Assembly (NCBI RefSeq): GCF_018350175.1 | Contig: NC_058377.1 | Coordinates: forward strand, 67,642,001-67,706,000 | Direction: 5' to 3' | Source: Felis catus | Lineage: Eukaryota | DNA: 64,000 nucleotides | Shown here: positions 49,349-62,039 of the stretch, one piece after another | Layout of the letters: every line of letters starts with the position of its first letter | Position numbering within the stretch: position 1 is the stretch's first letter | Made by a program: the position numbers and the translations under genes | The notes under the pieces: model-generated | Seen by the model: the letters and a program-made list of their open reading frames with translations, nothing else | What the model was told of the DNA's origin: nothing | The model's database searches: none

Positions 49349-50692
49349 AGAAGACATAACAAGCCTTAATATGTATGCTACTAACAACAGAGCATCAAAA
49401 GTATTGTCCTCTGGTTGTATACATTGTTTCTCTTATAATTTCTTTGACCCATACTCTTAACTACTGCCCACGCTATTATCCCTCTGAAAATGAAATGCAA
49501 GAGAACTTAGCTGCGCTCAGAGCTGTCCGCATTCTGAGACGCAACAGTTCAGTCCGGATTGAAACGAGGGGCTTATGCAAGGAATTCAGGGAATTCGGGG
49601 ATGAAGTTTGGCTTTTCATAGAAGGAAGATGGCTTTGTATCAGAGCAACATTCGGAGCTGAGAAAATCAACCCGAGCTGAGACTTGAATGCTCTTGCTGC
49701 TGGTTCAGGAGAGAATTGAGGAGAACAGGTAAAAGCTGATTCAGATAAGCTGGAGCTCGAGTCTGTTTCTTTTGCCTCCTCCACGTGGTGCTGGCACCAG
49801 GTCTCAGGGATGAGCTAGGCGAGCGCCGGTCCCACTGGGAGAGAAGGAGTCAGTAAGAAGGTCTCCTGCAAAGTCTTCTAACGTTGAAGCTGGCTTCATG
49901 ACAGACAGCCTTTGCTCCCGTGCAGACCAGCATGGAAGATAAAAAATTATAAAAGTGTCAGCTCAAAGATGTTTAGTTCTTTCTCCAATGGCAGTTCTCA
50001 GTATGCCACAGAGCTACTGGTTAACTCAGTAGCGTCACAGATGGGGCTTATGAGCTCAAAATTATGGTGAAAATTTTATGAGGATCCATTAGCTTCATAC
50101 GAGCAAACCACAGATGCTACTGGTGTACTTTGAGGAGTGATAAATAAATACTTACATACATACTTGTTTTCTTTAGCTGATTCATTCCTGAGGCAGAACC
50201 TGTATTTCATTTTCTCCCCCAGAGCTTGTGTTGAATGCTCGGGAATGATGTTTTAAAGACACTAAGCTTGTTTATTTGAGCTCTTGGGCCCCTCGGAGCA
50301 AAGCGGTCCTGACCGACCTTTCAGCATGGGTTGACTCAAAGTGACAGTTTCCTGTGATCTGTTACAGGAGAAACCATCTCTCTCTCCTTCCTGCGCTGAG
50401 CCATGTTAGCAGTCAGCCTGAAGAGTGAGCACAGGGTGAAGTCAGGGCTTCTGGCTTTTACTTCCAGCCTCCCCTGTTGTTCTCATCCCCCCGACACATG
50501 CCCGCCCCCCGCCTCCACAGAGCAGGCACCTGGTCTTACAGTGAGGCTGAACCAGGAGACAGTTCTGACTGGCAAACGCCAGGCTGTCCCCTGAATTGTC
50601 CCTTGTCCTGCTGACTAAGCCTTTCTTACTGAATCTTACAAGCTTGGATTCCTCTTCCCTTAGGATTAGTTTTTTTCCAGGAAGCTCTTCAA

Positions 50693-50904
50693 TTTTTTAA
50701 ATATAATGTTTAGTTATTTTTGAGAAAGAGAGAGAGAGCGAGCGAGTGAGTAGGGGAGGTGCAGAGAGAGAGAGGGAGACACAGAATCCGAAGCAGGCTC
50801 CAGGCTCCGAGCCGTCAGCCCAAAGGGGCTCGAACTCACGAGCTGTGAGATCATGACCTGAGCTGAAGTCAGCTGCTCAACTGACTGAGCCACCCAGGCG
50901 CCCC
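50693..50904 (-). mobile_element. Can-SINE
   Basis: Antisense head ends 'gccacccaggcgcccc' at 50904. Confidence 0.95.
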
Positions 50905-51522
50905 TAGACTAGCATCCTTTAAAATTTTTTTAACGTTTATTTATTTTTGAGACAGAGAGAGACAGAGCATGAACGGGGGAGGGTCAGAGAGAGAGGGAGA
51001 CACAGAATCGGAAACAGGCTCCAGGCTCTGAGCAGTCAGCACAGAGCCCGACACGGGGCTCGAACTCAAAGACCGTGAGATAGTGACCTGAGCCGAAGTC
51101 GGACACTTAACCGACTGAGCCACCCAGGCGCCCCTAGACTAGCATCCTTTAAATGTGCTCAGAACACTGACACTGGCCTACATTTGGGCAAAACTCATCT
51201 CATACAAAGCCTATTTCACAATTAAGTGTTGAATATCTCATGCAGTTTACTGAAAACTGTACCATGGAAATCAGAATGGGTGTGTGGGGACAGAACGGCT
51301 GTGTGTCAGTTGCTTACCCTTGTGATGGCGTGGCTGACGGGGTGCCGTGGCCTGCCACCACTACCCAGCATCACAGGAGAGGAGTGCACCACATATCGCT
51401 AGTTCAGGAAACTAGCACAGTTCCAAATTTCCAGTATGGTTTCTACTTACGGGGCATTGCTTTTGCACCACGGTCAAGTTGAAAAATCGTGAGTGAAGCC
51501 ATCGTCAGCCAGGGACTATCTG
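50905..51522 (+). mobile_element. MER47-like Tigger-family element (left end missing), split by a SINE
   Basis: 'tttaaatgtgctcagaacactgacactggcctacatttgggcaaaa' and 3' end 'gaaaaatcgtgagtgaagccatcgtcagccagggactatctg' match recalled MER47. Confidence 0.7.
50924..51134 (-). mobile_element. Young Can-SINE
   Basis: Perfect 19-bp TSD tagactagcatcctttaaa (50905-50923, 51135-51153). Confidence 0.98.
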
Positions 51523-52559
51523 CACTTTCTATATTCTAGGTACTCTGTTAAATATTTTGTATACTGTAATTGATTCAATTCTCAAAATAACCTTGTTAAT
51601 CAAGATTCTTTTGATTACAAATGACAGAAACTTCAACTAAAACCGGCTTACACATACAAGGCAATTTCTTGACTTAAGTAAGCAAAAGTCCAATATAAGC
51701 ACATACCAAAATTAAACAAAGTAGTGATATGGTTCCCTCTGGGTGGATCTTGGGTAATTTCTCTTTCCCTTTTTATGTTCTACATTATGTATTTGCTTAT
51801 ACTAGACATTTGCTATGTTTAAAATCAGAGAAACTTTATTTGAACGGGGCTTATACGGCATTCGCCACATCGTTTCATATATTCTAATCAACTGGGACTC
51901 TTGTTCCCTGGGCTATGGTGTCCTCAAGGGCAAGGACTTTTACATGTGTCTTTGTAGGACCTTCCTTTTCTTTTCAATTTGTGCTCAAAGATATACATAA
52001 GGTGGATTGAATTCACACGTCTCACAAGGATGCTTTTTGCTCTTCCAATTCTTCCAGAAGACAGATGATAATAAGACAATAGTTTACACTTGATTCAATC
52101 CATGATTCCTCAGGACAAACCATGTAACCTCAAATGGAGGTAATAATCTCAGGTTATTGTGAAGCTCAAATGAATTAGAGCCCCGTGTGAGCTGTAAAAT
52201 TCTGTACACCTGGCAGTCGGTAATGACTTGGGTTTATAGAGACTTCTCATTCCACAGCTTCTATCCTAGGTGAGTCATGTCTATTTCTAAATTTTCTAAG
52301 AACCATCATTATCTCTTGATGAAAAGATATGGGAGAGGAGAGAGGAGCTGGGAACATCAATTTAGGACACATTATTAATCCCCTGCCGTGTGCATGCTCC
52401 ACACCCACATATCCTGCTGTCAGATTGTCAGATTCTTCTGACATCTCCTTCTGGAAAGCTTGAAGGGCTCTCAAGCCCAATAGGTTTGAGACTGAGTTCA
52501 GGATCTTGCTTCCAAAACTGGTCCTCTTGAAGCGTTCTTCATACCAGTGAATCTTTCCA

Positions 52560-53392
52560 CCCTCGACTCTCTCTCTTCCTCAGACTCCATATTCAAGCCA
52601 CTGCCGTGATCTGTCTACTTCACCTGTTATAGGTCTCTGGAATTTATTCTTCTTTTCATCTTCACTGCCATGACTCTAGTCCAAGGTACCATCACTCCAC
52701 CTCCTACTTGATCTCTCCACGGAAGAGCTTCCTTTCTTCCAATCAACTCCACTTAGTAGCCAAACACAACTCTGATCGTGTCACCTGCTCAAAACTCTTC
52801 AGTGACTTCCTCACGCTGAGGATACAGGTCCCATCTTTAAGCAAACTCACACAGGCCCTGCAGTGAGTAGGGTACCACCTGTCTTTTACCGTCTACCCTC
52901 ATTTTCCACCCCTTCACTCTTTCGGCCCCTCCTGCGTGAGCTCCTTAGAGGCCCTTCTACCTGCCCCTTTATGGGCTGTTCTCCCAGAATGGAAGGACAT
53001 TCCTCTATCCTCCGGTTAATCCTTCACAACATACATAACATCTCCAATGTCACGTCCTTGGCATCTTTTATTTCCCTGACTAGGTTGATCCGCCTTTTGT
53101 TCTGTCAGAATTCCGTATGTCCTCTTCTTAGCCCTTGCTACAGTTGCAATTTTACATTGTTGGTTTAATTACTCGATTAGTATTTGTTTAATTACTCGAT
53201 TAATATTTCCACCAGATTGTAAGGTCTATGAGGGTAGTGACTGTGTCTCTTTGTATTCCCTATCATATCCGTAGCATACGGATGGGGACAGATCCCAGGG
53301 GATGGGGACAGCAGGGGATGAGGACGGCACCCAGCAGATGATTGATACACATGTGTTGGACGGGTGGATGAATGAATGAATGAATGAATGAA
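52560..53392 (+). mobile_element. L2 fragment with (GAAT)n tail
   Basis: L2-like text 'ctcaaaactcttcagtgacttcc', 'ccagattgtaaggtctatgaggg' and terminal gaatgaatgaat. Confidence 0.65.
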
Positions 53393-53791
53393 TACATGTG
53401 TACATACGAGGCACTGTGCTAGGAGCTAGTGATACAAAAAAATCAAGTACCCACAGTCAGGCTGGACATGGGCACAAGTCCACGGCCAATCACAGTGCAA
53501 GGGAGAGGGGCACTAGCCTGGTCCTGGAGGCTCGGGGACCACTCTCAGAGGAGACGGATTTTAAGATGAATCCCCAAGGACTAGCACGAATGCATTAGCT
53601 GGGTGAGCAAGGTGGCCCCAGATCTGCATTTTGCAAACACCCTAGTAATTAAAATTGGGGTGGGGGTAGGGCCAGGGTGGATCACATGCTGAGAAGCATT
53701 AGTGTGGGAGGTTGGGGGGGAGACAGGTAAGGGGGCTTCAGTGATAGTCGAGGTGTAGGGCATGGTCTTGTTTTAAATGCTGGACATTCCA

Positions 53792-53999
53792 GGGGCGCCC
53801 AGGTGGATCAGTCGGTTAAGCATCTGACTTCAGCTCAGGTCATGATCTCACAGTGGGTGAGTTAGAGCCCCCCATCAGGCTCTGCGCTGACAGCTCGGAG
53901 CCTGGAGCCTGCTTCAGATTCTGTGTCTCCCTCTCTCTCCTCCTCTCCCCCACTCACGCTCTGTCTCTCAAGAATCAATAAACGTTTAAAAAAATTTTT
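53792..53999 (+). mobile_element. Can-SINE
   Basis: 16-bp TSD aatgct(g/a)gacattcca. Confidence 0.96.
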
Positions 54000-54655
54000 A
54001 ATGCTAGACATTCCAAGTGGGGACTCCATGCCATGTCTCTTTGCACAGACTGAAGAAGGAGATAACCTCCCAGGATGCAGACCTGAGGCCTAGAGGCCAA
54101 GGCTCTGAGCTGAACTTTTCCCTGGAGAAGGGAGTTGGTTGTGGAGACCCTACAAAGTCCTAGCTTTTATATTTGTGTGTTTCCCCTGGACTACGAGAAA
54201 GTTTCGTAAAGCGTGCGTAAATGGAAAACATGGCTTGCTCCTACATCAGCGATTCCCCTTTGCTCTAGCCAGGCAGAGAGGTCTGGTCCCCCTGACTGCC
54301 TTGGGCCGTGGAGGCATGGAGAATCACAAGAAGTCAGCCTGCTATTTCGTCTTTGCTGGAGGAGTGGGCTTTGTCCTAGAGGTTAGGGAGGTGAGAGCCA
54401 AGGGAAGACTTGAGGGCAGAGATGAGACAGATCCCTTCACTCCCAAGAGAGGCAGATGAAGGGCAGTCTCTCCTCTCTCTCTCACTCTTCAAATCCAGTC
54501 ATTCTTCAGGATTGATCATTTTTCTCTCCTCCCTTTTCTTCTTTCTTGCTGACATGTCTTTCTCTTGCCTTTTCCAGAAAATTCCTACTCACCTAACAAA
54601 CCCCAGATTATAAATCACCACCTCTTTTCTGTGGCGTTCTCTGTCTCAGGCAGGC

Positions 54656-54693
54656 CACACACGCGCGCGCGCGCGCACACACACACACACACA
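54656..54693. repeat. Compound (CA)n(CG)7(CA)n microsatellite
   Basis: Read directly. Confidence 0.95.
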
Positions 54694-54754
54694 CCCCATG
54701 TCTACATGAGAAACAGTAGTAAAATTGGTCTTGGAGTCTGAAGAAGTAGATATG

Positions 54755-54900
54755 AATCTGAGCTATTTCATTCCCTCTTACTAGTTCTGGGACGTTGGGG
54801 AAGTTCTCGATCCTAGCTGAGCCACTACCTTTCCTCATCTGTAAAATGGAGACTTAATATTTACCTTGTGGGCTATTGTGAAACTTAAGATGGATGTCAA
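54755..54900 (+). mobile_element. MIR
   Basis: 'ttcctcatctgtaaaatggagac' core. Confidence 0.6.
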
Positions 54901-55237
54901 GATGGATATGTAGGCTATAAACGCGCATCAGAAACATCCCATTGTTGGATTTCTTTTACTTCTGGTTACATTAAACTCTGATGGCCTAACACCCTACCTA
55001 AGACTTCCCTTCAGCTGGTGAGTGCCCCACAGGAGACACCTGGCCTCCTGCCCTTTCACTCTCTGCCTGTACCCAGGGATCTACAAAAGACAGCCTGCTG
55101 AATGCATGACTTTGCAATCCCTCGTCACCCCTGGGAAGGAGGTAAAGGCCTATTTGAGTTTGGCCCACTTGGTGAGGTTTAGACGGACATACTGTTCTTA
55201 TTCAGTGTCCTCGGTTTGGCCAGTTTGCCCAAGTTTA

Positions 55238-55441
55238 TTTTTTTATTTTTTTATAGTTTATTTACTTTGAGAGATGGAGTGAGTGGGGGAGGGGCAAAGA
55301 GAGAGGGAGAGAGAGAATCCAAAGCAGGCTTCACACTGTCAGCTCAGAGCCCGACGTGGGGCTTGAACCCATGAAACTGAGAGATCATGAACTGAGCCGA
55401 AATCAAGTGCTGGACGCTTAATGGACTGAGACAGGCGCCCC
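55238..55441 (-). mobile_element. Can-SINE
   Basis: 12-bp TSD tgcccaagttta (55226-55237, 55442-55453). Confidence 0.96.
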
Positions 55442-55766
55442 TGCCCAAGTTTAGAGTGGAGAAAGAAGTTTCTTCCCCTCCTATGCCCTTGTCCTTTGGT
55501 TTTCCTTGAACCATCAATCACCAAGATACAGTCAGCCTCCCTGGCCACACTTCTCATGTGTGGGTACTTGGGCCTCCACAACTACCGGTTCAGGGCTCTG
55601 AGCATCCTACCCACTGCTCTCCCTTCCCCCAGACTGCCTTTCCCTGCAGCCCCTCCTGCCTGTCTTGCTGTTGACATCGAAGGACAAATGCAGTCCTATA
55701 TTTCAAAGTCATTGGGCAGATCTGATTAATTTTGGAAATGAACAACATGAAGATTCATCACAAACT

Positions 55767-55910
55767 NNNNNNNNNNNNNNNNNNNNNNNNNNNNNNNNNN
55801 NNNNNNNNNNNNNNNNNNNNNNNNNNNNNNNNNNNNNNNNNNNNNNNNNNNNNNNNNNNNNNNNNNNNNNNNNNNNNNNNNNNNNNNNNNNNNNNNNNNN
55901 NNNNNNNNNN
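55767..55910. other. Assembly gap (144 N)
   Basis: N run. Confidence 1.
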
Positions 55911-56064
55911 GTCACGTTCAGAAGGTCAGGCTCGCCAGGGAATTGAAACAGGGAGGCGGTCTGCACAGCCCTGGCAGCGTGTAGAGCCTGGGGGGATGCT
56001 GGCTGCTGGGGGCCTTGGCATGTCCTGTGGATTCTGTGTCACATGAAGGCAGCCAGGAGGCTGG

Positions 56065-56260
56065 AAGGCAGTGTGGCACAGTGGCTCGGGCAGGAGGGGG
56101 CCTGGGTTCAAATTCTGGCTACTGCCACTTCCTATCTGTATGACCTTGGGCAGGCTAGTTCACTCCTACGTCTTGATGTCTTCATCTATAAAATGATGCT
56201 GGTAATGGGAACTAACTTGTAGGGCACCAAGAGTTTAACTGAGTTGGCAAGGCACCAGCA
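56065..56260 (+). mobile_element. MIR
   Basis: 'cctgggttcaaattctggctactgccacttcctatctgtatgaccttgggcagg'. Confidence 0.7.
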
Positions 56261-56409
56261 TGGGTCCGGGGCAGGTTTGGTGCTCTTATGGATGTTAGTT
56301 GTGTTTGTTCGTTCGGTCCAGGTAGAGCCTCAGGCTGGGGCACCCTGGTGTCGTGGAAGCTTGGAGCATAAGGTTACTGTAGTGTTGCCAAAGGTGGCCA
56401 AAGGAGGCA

Positions 56410-56640
56410 GACAGCATAGTAGAGGCTAGGGGGTCAGGCTCTGCAGTCAGCCTCCTTGGGTTCAAATCCAACCTCTGTCTCTTACTAGTTATATGTCCTT
56501 ATAGAATGACTTGGCCTTTGTGTGCCTCAGTTTTCTTCACTGTAAACTGGGGGTGATCATGATAGCACTACTTGGTGAGACTATAATGAACGTTAAATGA
56601 GAAAATAGATGGAAAGTACTTGCCTCGGTGGCGGGCTATA
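56410..56640 (+). mobile_element. MIR
   Basis: 'gggttcaaatccaacctctg...gtgcctcagttttcttcactgtaaactggggg'. Confidence 0.7.
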
Positions 56641-57324
56641 GAAATAATCGACATTTGTTATGATCATTTTTAGGACCTTCCTGGCCTGGGCCTTTCCCCC
56701 AGACACCCGGCGTGGTCCAGGCATGGTGGAGGTGAGCAGACATGCTGAACTTTGGGCCCCTTCCCTGGCAGGGACGCAGAGGGTGCCAGAGCCCAAAAGG
56801 GGAAAGGCTAGGGAAGGTGTGCCTACAGCAAAGGCCAATGCCACAGCGCAGCTGGAGGGTCCACGTGGTTTGGGCAGGTGACAGCAACGAGCAGGGGTTT
56901 GGGTTGATGGGACAGAGCAGAGCCCCCATGAGTAGGTGGCCTCTAGCAGCAGCAGCCCAGCCAACAAGAGGCTGCAGAGCACCATCCCAGTGGGCCGAGG
57001 GTCACGGAGAGGCCCCGGCTGGGAATCAGACTTCTGGAGGAGCACAACGGAGGGGGTGGATGGGCAGGGCGGAAAGGCCAAATGCGGGGCGCCCATGCAT
57101 TCCTATCCTCTCCCCTGCTCACCCACTCTGGTACCCTTGCCTATGGAAGCCAGAGCCAGAGTCTTTCCCAACACATCACTCCAGGAAGCTGTGGCCAACC
57201 AAATACCCTCAAATGGATGGGATCTCTTTGCTAGTCCAGGGCTACAAGGTCAAAGCCCATCCTAGGCTCTTCTAGGGCAGTGAGGTCAGCTCCCTCACAT
57301 GCTGGTCAGGAGGGGCTGAGGCTA

Positions 57325-57468
57325 NNNNNNNNNNNNNNNNNNNNNNNNNNNNNNNNNNNNNNNNNNNNNNNNNNNNNNNNNNNNNNNNNNNNNNNNNNNN
57401 NNNNNNNNNNNNNNNNNNNNNNNNNNNNNNNNNNNNNNNNNNNNNNNNNNNNNNNNNNNNNNNNNNNN
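57325..57468. other. Assembly gap (144 N)
   Basis: N run. Confidence 1.
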
Positions 57469-57695
57469 TTTTCTTTTAAAACAATTTTTTTAATGTTTTA
57501 TTTATTTTTGAGACAGAGAGACACAGAGCATGAATGGGGGAGGGGCAGAGAAAGAGGGAGACACAGAACCGGAAGCAGGCTCCAGGCTCTGAGCTGTCAG
57601 CACAGAGCCCGACGCGGGGCTCGAACCCACGGACCGTGAGATCATGACCTGAGCTGAAGTTGGATGCTTAACCGACTGAGCCACCCAGGCACCCC
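57469..57695 (-). mobile_element. Young Can-SINE inserted at the tail of an older SINE
   Basis: Head ends 'ccaggcacccc' at 57695, directly abutting the T-rich tail of the next SINE. Confidence 0.95.
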
Positions 57696-57897
57696 TAAGT
57701 TTATTTATTTTGAAAGAGGAGGAGAGAGAAAGTGAGCATGAATAGGGGAGAGGCAGAGAGAGGGAGAGAGAGAATCCCAAGCAGTTTCTACAATGTCAGG
57801 CAGAGCTCGATGCGGGGCTGGATCCCACAACCGTGAGATCATAAACGGAGCCGAAGTCGAGTTGGACGCTTAATGGACTGAGCCACTCAGGTGACCC
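57696..57897 (-). mobile_element. Older Can-SINE
   Basis: Antisense head 'gagccactcaggtgaccc'. Confidence 0.92.
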
Positions 57898-59070
57898 TGA
57901 AGGATGCCTGAGTTTCGATGACCCTAGAGGAAGTGGACAGGAGGAGGCAAGATCCTTGAGAGACTCCAGCTGTAGGTGGGAAGACCTCTCTCCCTTCTCT
58001 TTCACATCAGTGAAGGAATACTTAAGTGGGAAAGTACGAGGTGTGGTCAGTTTCAGGGCAGGAGGCATCCAGAGACTGGGGGAAGGGTGCGAGCTGGCGA
58101 GGCCAGAGGGCCAGTAGGCGGCCTGGGACATCCAGACCAGGGTGAGGCTGAGCGTGAGTGTGCTGGTTATTCTCCCTCTTGGCTCTTCCCTGGCCTGCTG
58201 TGTGGACAGCATTGGTGGTTCTTCTGCCCTCTGCCTCCAGTTGGGTTTGGCCAATGCGAGGCTCTGGTAGAATACCTGACAGCAGGGGGGCAATGGGGAA
58301 GAAGTGGAGGCATTTGCCCTAAGCCTTCCCCCTGCCCCCCAAAGGCTCCCTCCCTGCTGGGCTGCGGGCTCTACAGTGGGGGGCCCTCAGGCTGTGGCTG
58401 TCCGTCCTGCTGGGCAACCCACTCCCATGGCAGCATCAGTGAGGGTTGGAAGCCCCCTGCTCTTAGTCCCTTTAGCTAGAAGAGTAGGAACAGCGTCCAC
58501 CTTTGCTGTCTGGGGTGCTTCCCCCTACCCTGCCCACACCTCTGAAGACTGCTGTCATTCTCCTGAAACCCTCTTCAGTTAACCTCCGGGGGCATCATCT
58601 GAAGGGTCCTTTTGTCCGAGTAGGGAAACTGGTCAGATTATGCCAGGGGCATTTCTGTGGTCAGGAGCTGAAGACGGACCAGGCCTGTGGAAAAGTGTGA
58701 GTAGGACATCGAAGGGGAGCAGAAAGTTTTTGGGGAAAGTAACTCTCGCACCGCTCCTTGGTATGGGGTCATTTCCTTGGAACTGTTGGCAGTTGGATCC
58801 CTCACAGAAATCCTGGCGAGCCTTACCACGGAACCCAGGGATGGGATCTGGGCCCACACTTCTGAGCACAAAGGGAGCACAGCACCCCCTAGGGGCTGAT
58901 GTGAGAGTGGCAGCACCTCTAGAAGAGGAGCGGGGAGGGGCAGAGAGGGGCAGGGCCCAGAGTCCTGGCTCAGGTGCCTCTCTCATCAGAAGCAGCTCCT
59001 TTTAGGAAAAGGTTCTGTGTCATGGGCTAGATTCTGGGTGTTTTCTTAAAAAAAAATGCTGTGTCACAGG

Positions 59071-59232
59071 CAGGATCTGCAGTATAATTTGCCGGGCCAG
59101 GTACAAAATGAAAGTACGGGGCTCCTTGTTCAGAAATTATTAAGAATTTCAAGACACAAGAGCATGGAACTAAGCCGAGGTGGGGGCCCTGAGCTCGGAG
59201 CCTCATGCCACATGCCCATGAAGACTGCCTGG
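59071..59232 (-). mobile_element. MER53-like hAT element
   Basis: 'ggccaggtacaaaatgaaagtacggggctccttgttcagaaattattaagaatttcaagac' matches recalled MER53; possible degenerate 8-bp TSD gtcacagg/gccacagc. Confidence 0.65.
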
Positions 59233-59887
59233 GCCACAGCTTGTGGAGACCACGGGGGGAGCCCCCACCCGTAGGCCCAGCAAGGGAGGTAACAGAGACA
59301 GGCATGACATGGTGACAACCTTGAAAGTCTGGCTTCCGGGTGTGGCTCTGCTGTGTAATTTGAAAACATACACATAGTAGGGCTGATGCCTCCCTAGGCC
59401 CTTTCTGGCCAATCGTGTGAGCCAGATACCAACGAAGGACAAAATTCCTGTCTGTGGATGGGGAGAGACGGGCTGAGGCCAGAGGGCGGGGCAGCGGGAC
59501 CTGAGGGTCTTGTGGGGTCAGGGGCTGGATGTGGGCCAATGCATCTACTACATTCCCCTCCCTCCTCTTTGGCTGGAGTCAGGAGAAAGAGCAGGGCTGA
59601 GGAAGGATACATTTTTGGGTGGCTCTGTCCATGTTGGCTTTCCTGGGCTATTTAGATGGTTGTCATCACGAGGAAAGCAAACAAACACAGACTCTTAAGG
59701 CCAGAGAGTCTCTCCATCTTGCCTCGGAACTACCTGGTATCTCTTACCTGGAATTAGGAAGAAATGGTGAGGACGGAAGAACTCGGATTTCCTCTGCTTC
59801 ACAAGAACCATGTTAAATGGTGTTAAGTGACGGCAGCCCAAAAGATCTTTGGGGAGTGGGCAGAAATAGCTCTTCTCTTTGGAGTCA

Positions 59888-59888
59888 G

Positions 59889-59925
<37 letters not shown>
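59888..59925. repeat. (TG)n microsatellite, followed by degenerate CA/TG-rich sequence to about 60090
   Basis: Read directly. Confidence 0.95.
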
Positions 59926-59927
<2 letters not shown>

Positions 59928-60486
59928 ACGCATGTATCTATGTGACCGCTGCATGTGAGAGCACACACGTGTGCACATGAGGGGCTGTGTGAGCCTGGGC
60001 ATGCGTTTACATAGAAGGTGCAGATGATGTCCCTCTGCTGCACGTGTGCGCAGTAGTTGTAGGCATGGTGTGCGTGTTCACACACGTGTGAGGGTCTGGG
60101 AATGAGCAGGTTCTGGTGTCTAAAATCTTTACGTCCTGCTCCGGTCAGTCTTGTTGGCTGTAAATGGCAGGGACCCGCTCAGCCAACTCTGGGAAAAGGT
60201 GAATTGGCAGGATGTGGATGGGTGGGGTCTGGAATGAAGAGGAAATGCGGGCAGCTCTAAGGCTGTCTCTAGTCTTCGTCTGTGTCATGGCCACATGCTA
60301 CGCCTTCCTCATGGCGGGTCTGCTGCCTCTGCTCATCAGCAACTTTCTCTGCTCCGCTCAGCTGTGGTTTCCCCCTGGTGACCTCAGCATGCACGAGGCT
60401 GTGGCATGGTCGGTCCTCCTGGGGCCCCAATCTACCCTATGGCATGTCTCTACGTATGGCCATGGCTTCTTCACTAACTGGCTGAT

Positions 60487-60704
60487 TTTTTTTTTTTAAT
60501 TTCTTAAAGTGTTTATGTACTTTTGAGACAGACAGAACGCGAGTGGGTTAGGGGCAGGGAGAGAGGGAGACACAGAATCCCAAGCAGGCTCCAGGTTCTG
60601 GGCTGTCAGCACAGAGCCTGATGCGGGGCTCGAACCCATGAGCTGTGAGATCATGACCTGAGCCGAAGTCATACGTTCAATCAGCTGAGCTACCCAGGCA
60701 CCCC
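60487..60704 (-). mobile_element. Can-SINE
   Basis: TSD-like ctggctgatt / ctggttgatt. Confidence 0.95.
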
Positions 60705-61119
60705 TGGTTGATTCTTTATGTGTGTCATAGTGCAAATGTGCAAGCAGAATTTGATTGACCCCGTTCATCTTTCTGTGTTAAGTCATTGATTACTGGCCAG
60801 CCTATAGACACTTCCCTTGGGTCAACTTGACTCCCTGTGGAGGAAGACAGCATGGTCATGGTACCAGGAGGGGTCACAGCTAGGGCTGTGGCTGGGACAG
60901 TTTTCCTCAAAAGGGGTGTGGATACAGAGGACAACGATAAGCTTCTCAGGTCTGCATGCACAAACTCCCTGTCACCTGCTCAGTGCCCACTCTCTTCCCT
61001 GGGGACACCAGGACAACTGGGGTGCCCCCAACAGGCAGGACTTGCCAGGCAAGGTGAGTATGAGTGTAGGCAGTCCCCCGGAGCCTGGAGTATGCCCTTC
61101 ACCACCCTCTTCTGCTCCC

Positions 61120-61748
61120 TTTTATGGGCTGAGTTGTGTTTCCCCCCAAAATCCATATGTTGAAGTCCTGGAAGTCCCCTCAGAAGTGACCTTACTTGGA
61201 GATGCGGTCTTTACAGAAGCAGTGAAATTAAAATGAGGACATTAGGATGGGTCCTAATCCAATATGACTGGATGGGGCACCTGGGTGGCTTAGTCGGTTA
61301 AGCCTCCGACTTCAGCTCAGGTCATGATCTCACTGTTTGTGAGCTCGAGCCCCGCGTCGGGCTCTGTGCTGACAGCTCAGAGCCTGGAGCCTGCTTCCGG
61401 TTCTGTGTCTCCCTCTCCCTCTTCCTTCCCCCTGCTCCCGCTCTGACTCTCTCTGTCTTTCAATAATAAACAAACGTTAAAAAAAATTTGTTTTAAAAAA
61501 GAGGAAGAAATTTGGAAACTGAGTCACACACACAGGGAAGACAGTGCAAAGGCGCAGGGAAAAGATGGTTAATTGTAAGCCAAGGAGAGAGGCCTGGACA
61601 CAACCTTCTGTCCACAGCCCTCAGAGGAGTCAACCCTGCTGACAGCTTGATCTCGGACTTCTGGACTCCAGACTGAGACACAACACGTTTCTGTTGTTTG
61701 AGCCACCCAGTGTGTGGCACTGTTACAGAAGTTCTGGAAAACTCATAC
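61120..61748 (+). mobile_element. MaLR solo LTR (MLT1B-like) split by a SINE
   Basis: 'tatgggctgagttgtgtttccccccaaaatccatatgttgaagtcct' through 'ttctgttgtttgagccacccagtgtgtggcac...aaactcatac'. Confidence 0.85.
61274..61500 (+). mobile_element. Can-SINE nested in MLT1B
   Basis: GGGGCACCTGGGTGGCTTAGTCGG head and A tail. Confidence 0.95.
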
Positions 61749-62039
61749 TCACTCCAAGAAAAACTTCTTGAAAAAAAAGAAAGAAGATACGGGTCACCAA
61801 CATCCCTAGAGGGTGGGTTAGGGCCACAGGCATCCAGAGCATGTGACAGCCAGGAAGCTAGGCCCTCTCACACCCACAGCCCACCCGTGACCTGGGCGTT
61901 TCCGAAACTCAGTTCCTGGACTCACTGAAGGAGGGAAGTCTGAGGCTGGCGCCCGGGCTACTCATTTACCATCTTTGGTGAGACCCAGGCGACAGTTTTA
62001 GGCCAGGGGAAAAACTGATGACATAGCGTTTCAGGAAGA

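Larger units (their letters stand above)
48925..49402 (+). mobile_element. Probable old L1 ORF2 endonuclease-region fragment, split by a SINE and a gap
   Basis: After the gap the frame reads EDITSLNMYATNNRASK, resembling the L1 ORF2 EN motif (EDITIxNIYAPNNRA); short match only. Confidence 0.5.

Noticed and set aside
36575-57468. N-run lengths of 136, 152, 144 and 144 (all multiples of 8)
   Set aside because: Scaffolding gap estimates with no biological meaning; they hide the ends of adjacent repeats.
60212-60499. Hydrophobic 95-aa ORF as a small membrane protein
   Set aside because: It ends in a SINE T tail, follows sequence resembling an old MaLR LTR, and has no recognisable homology.
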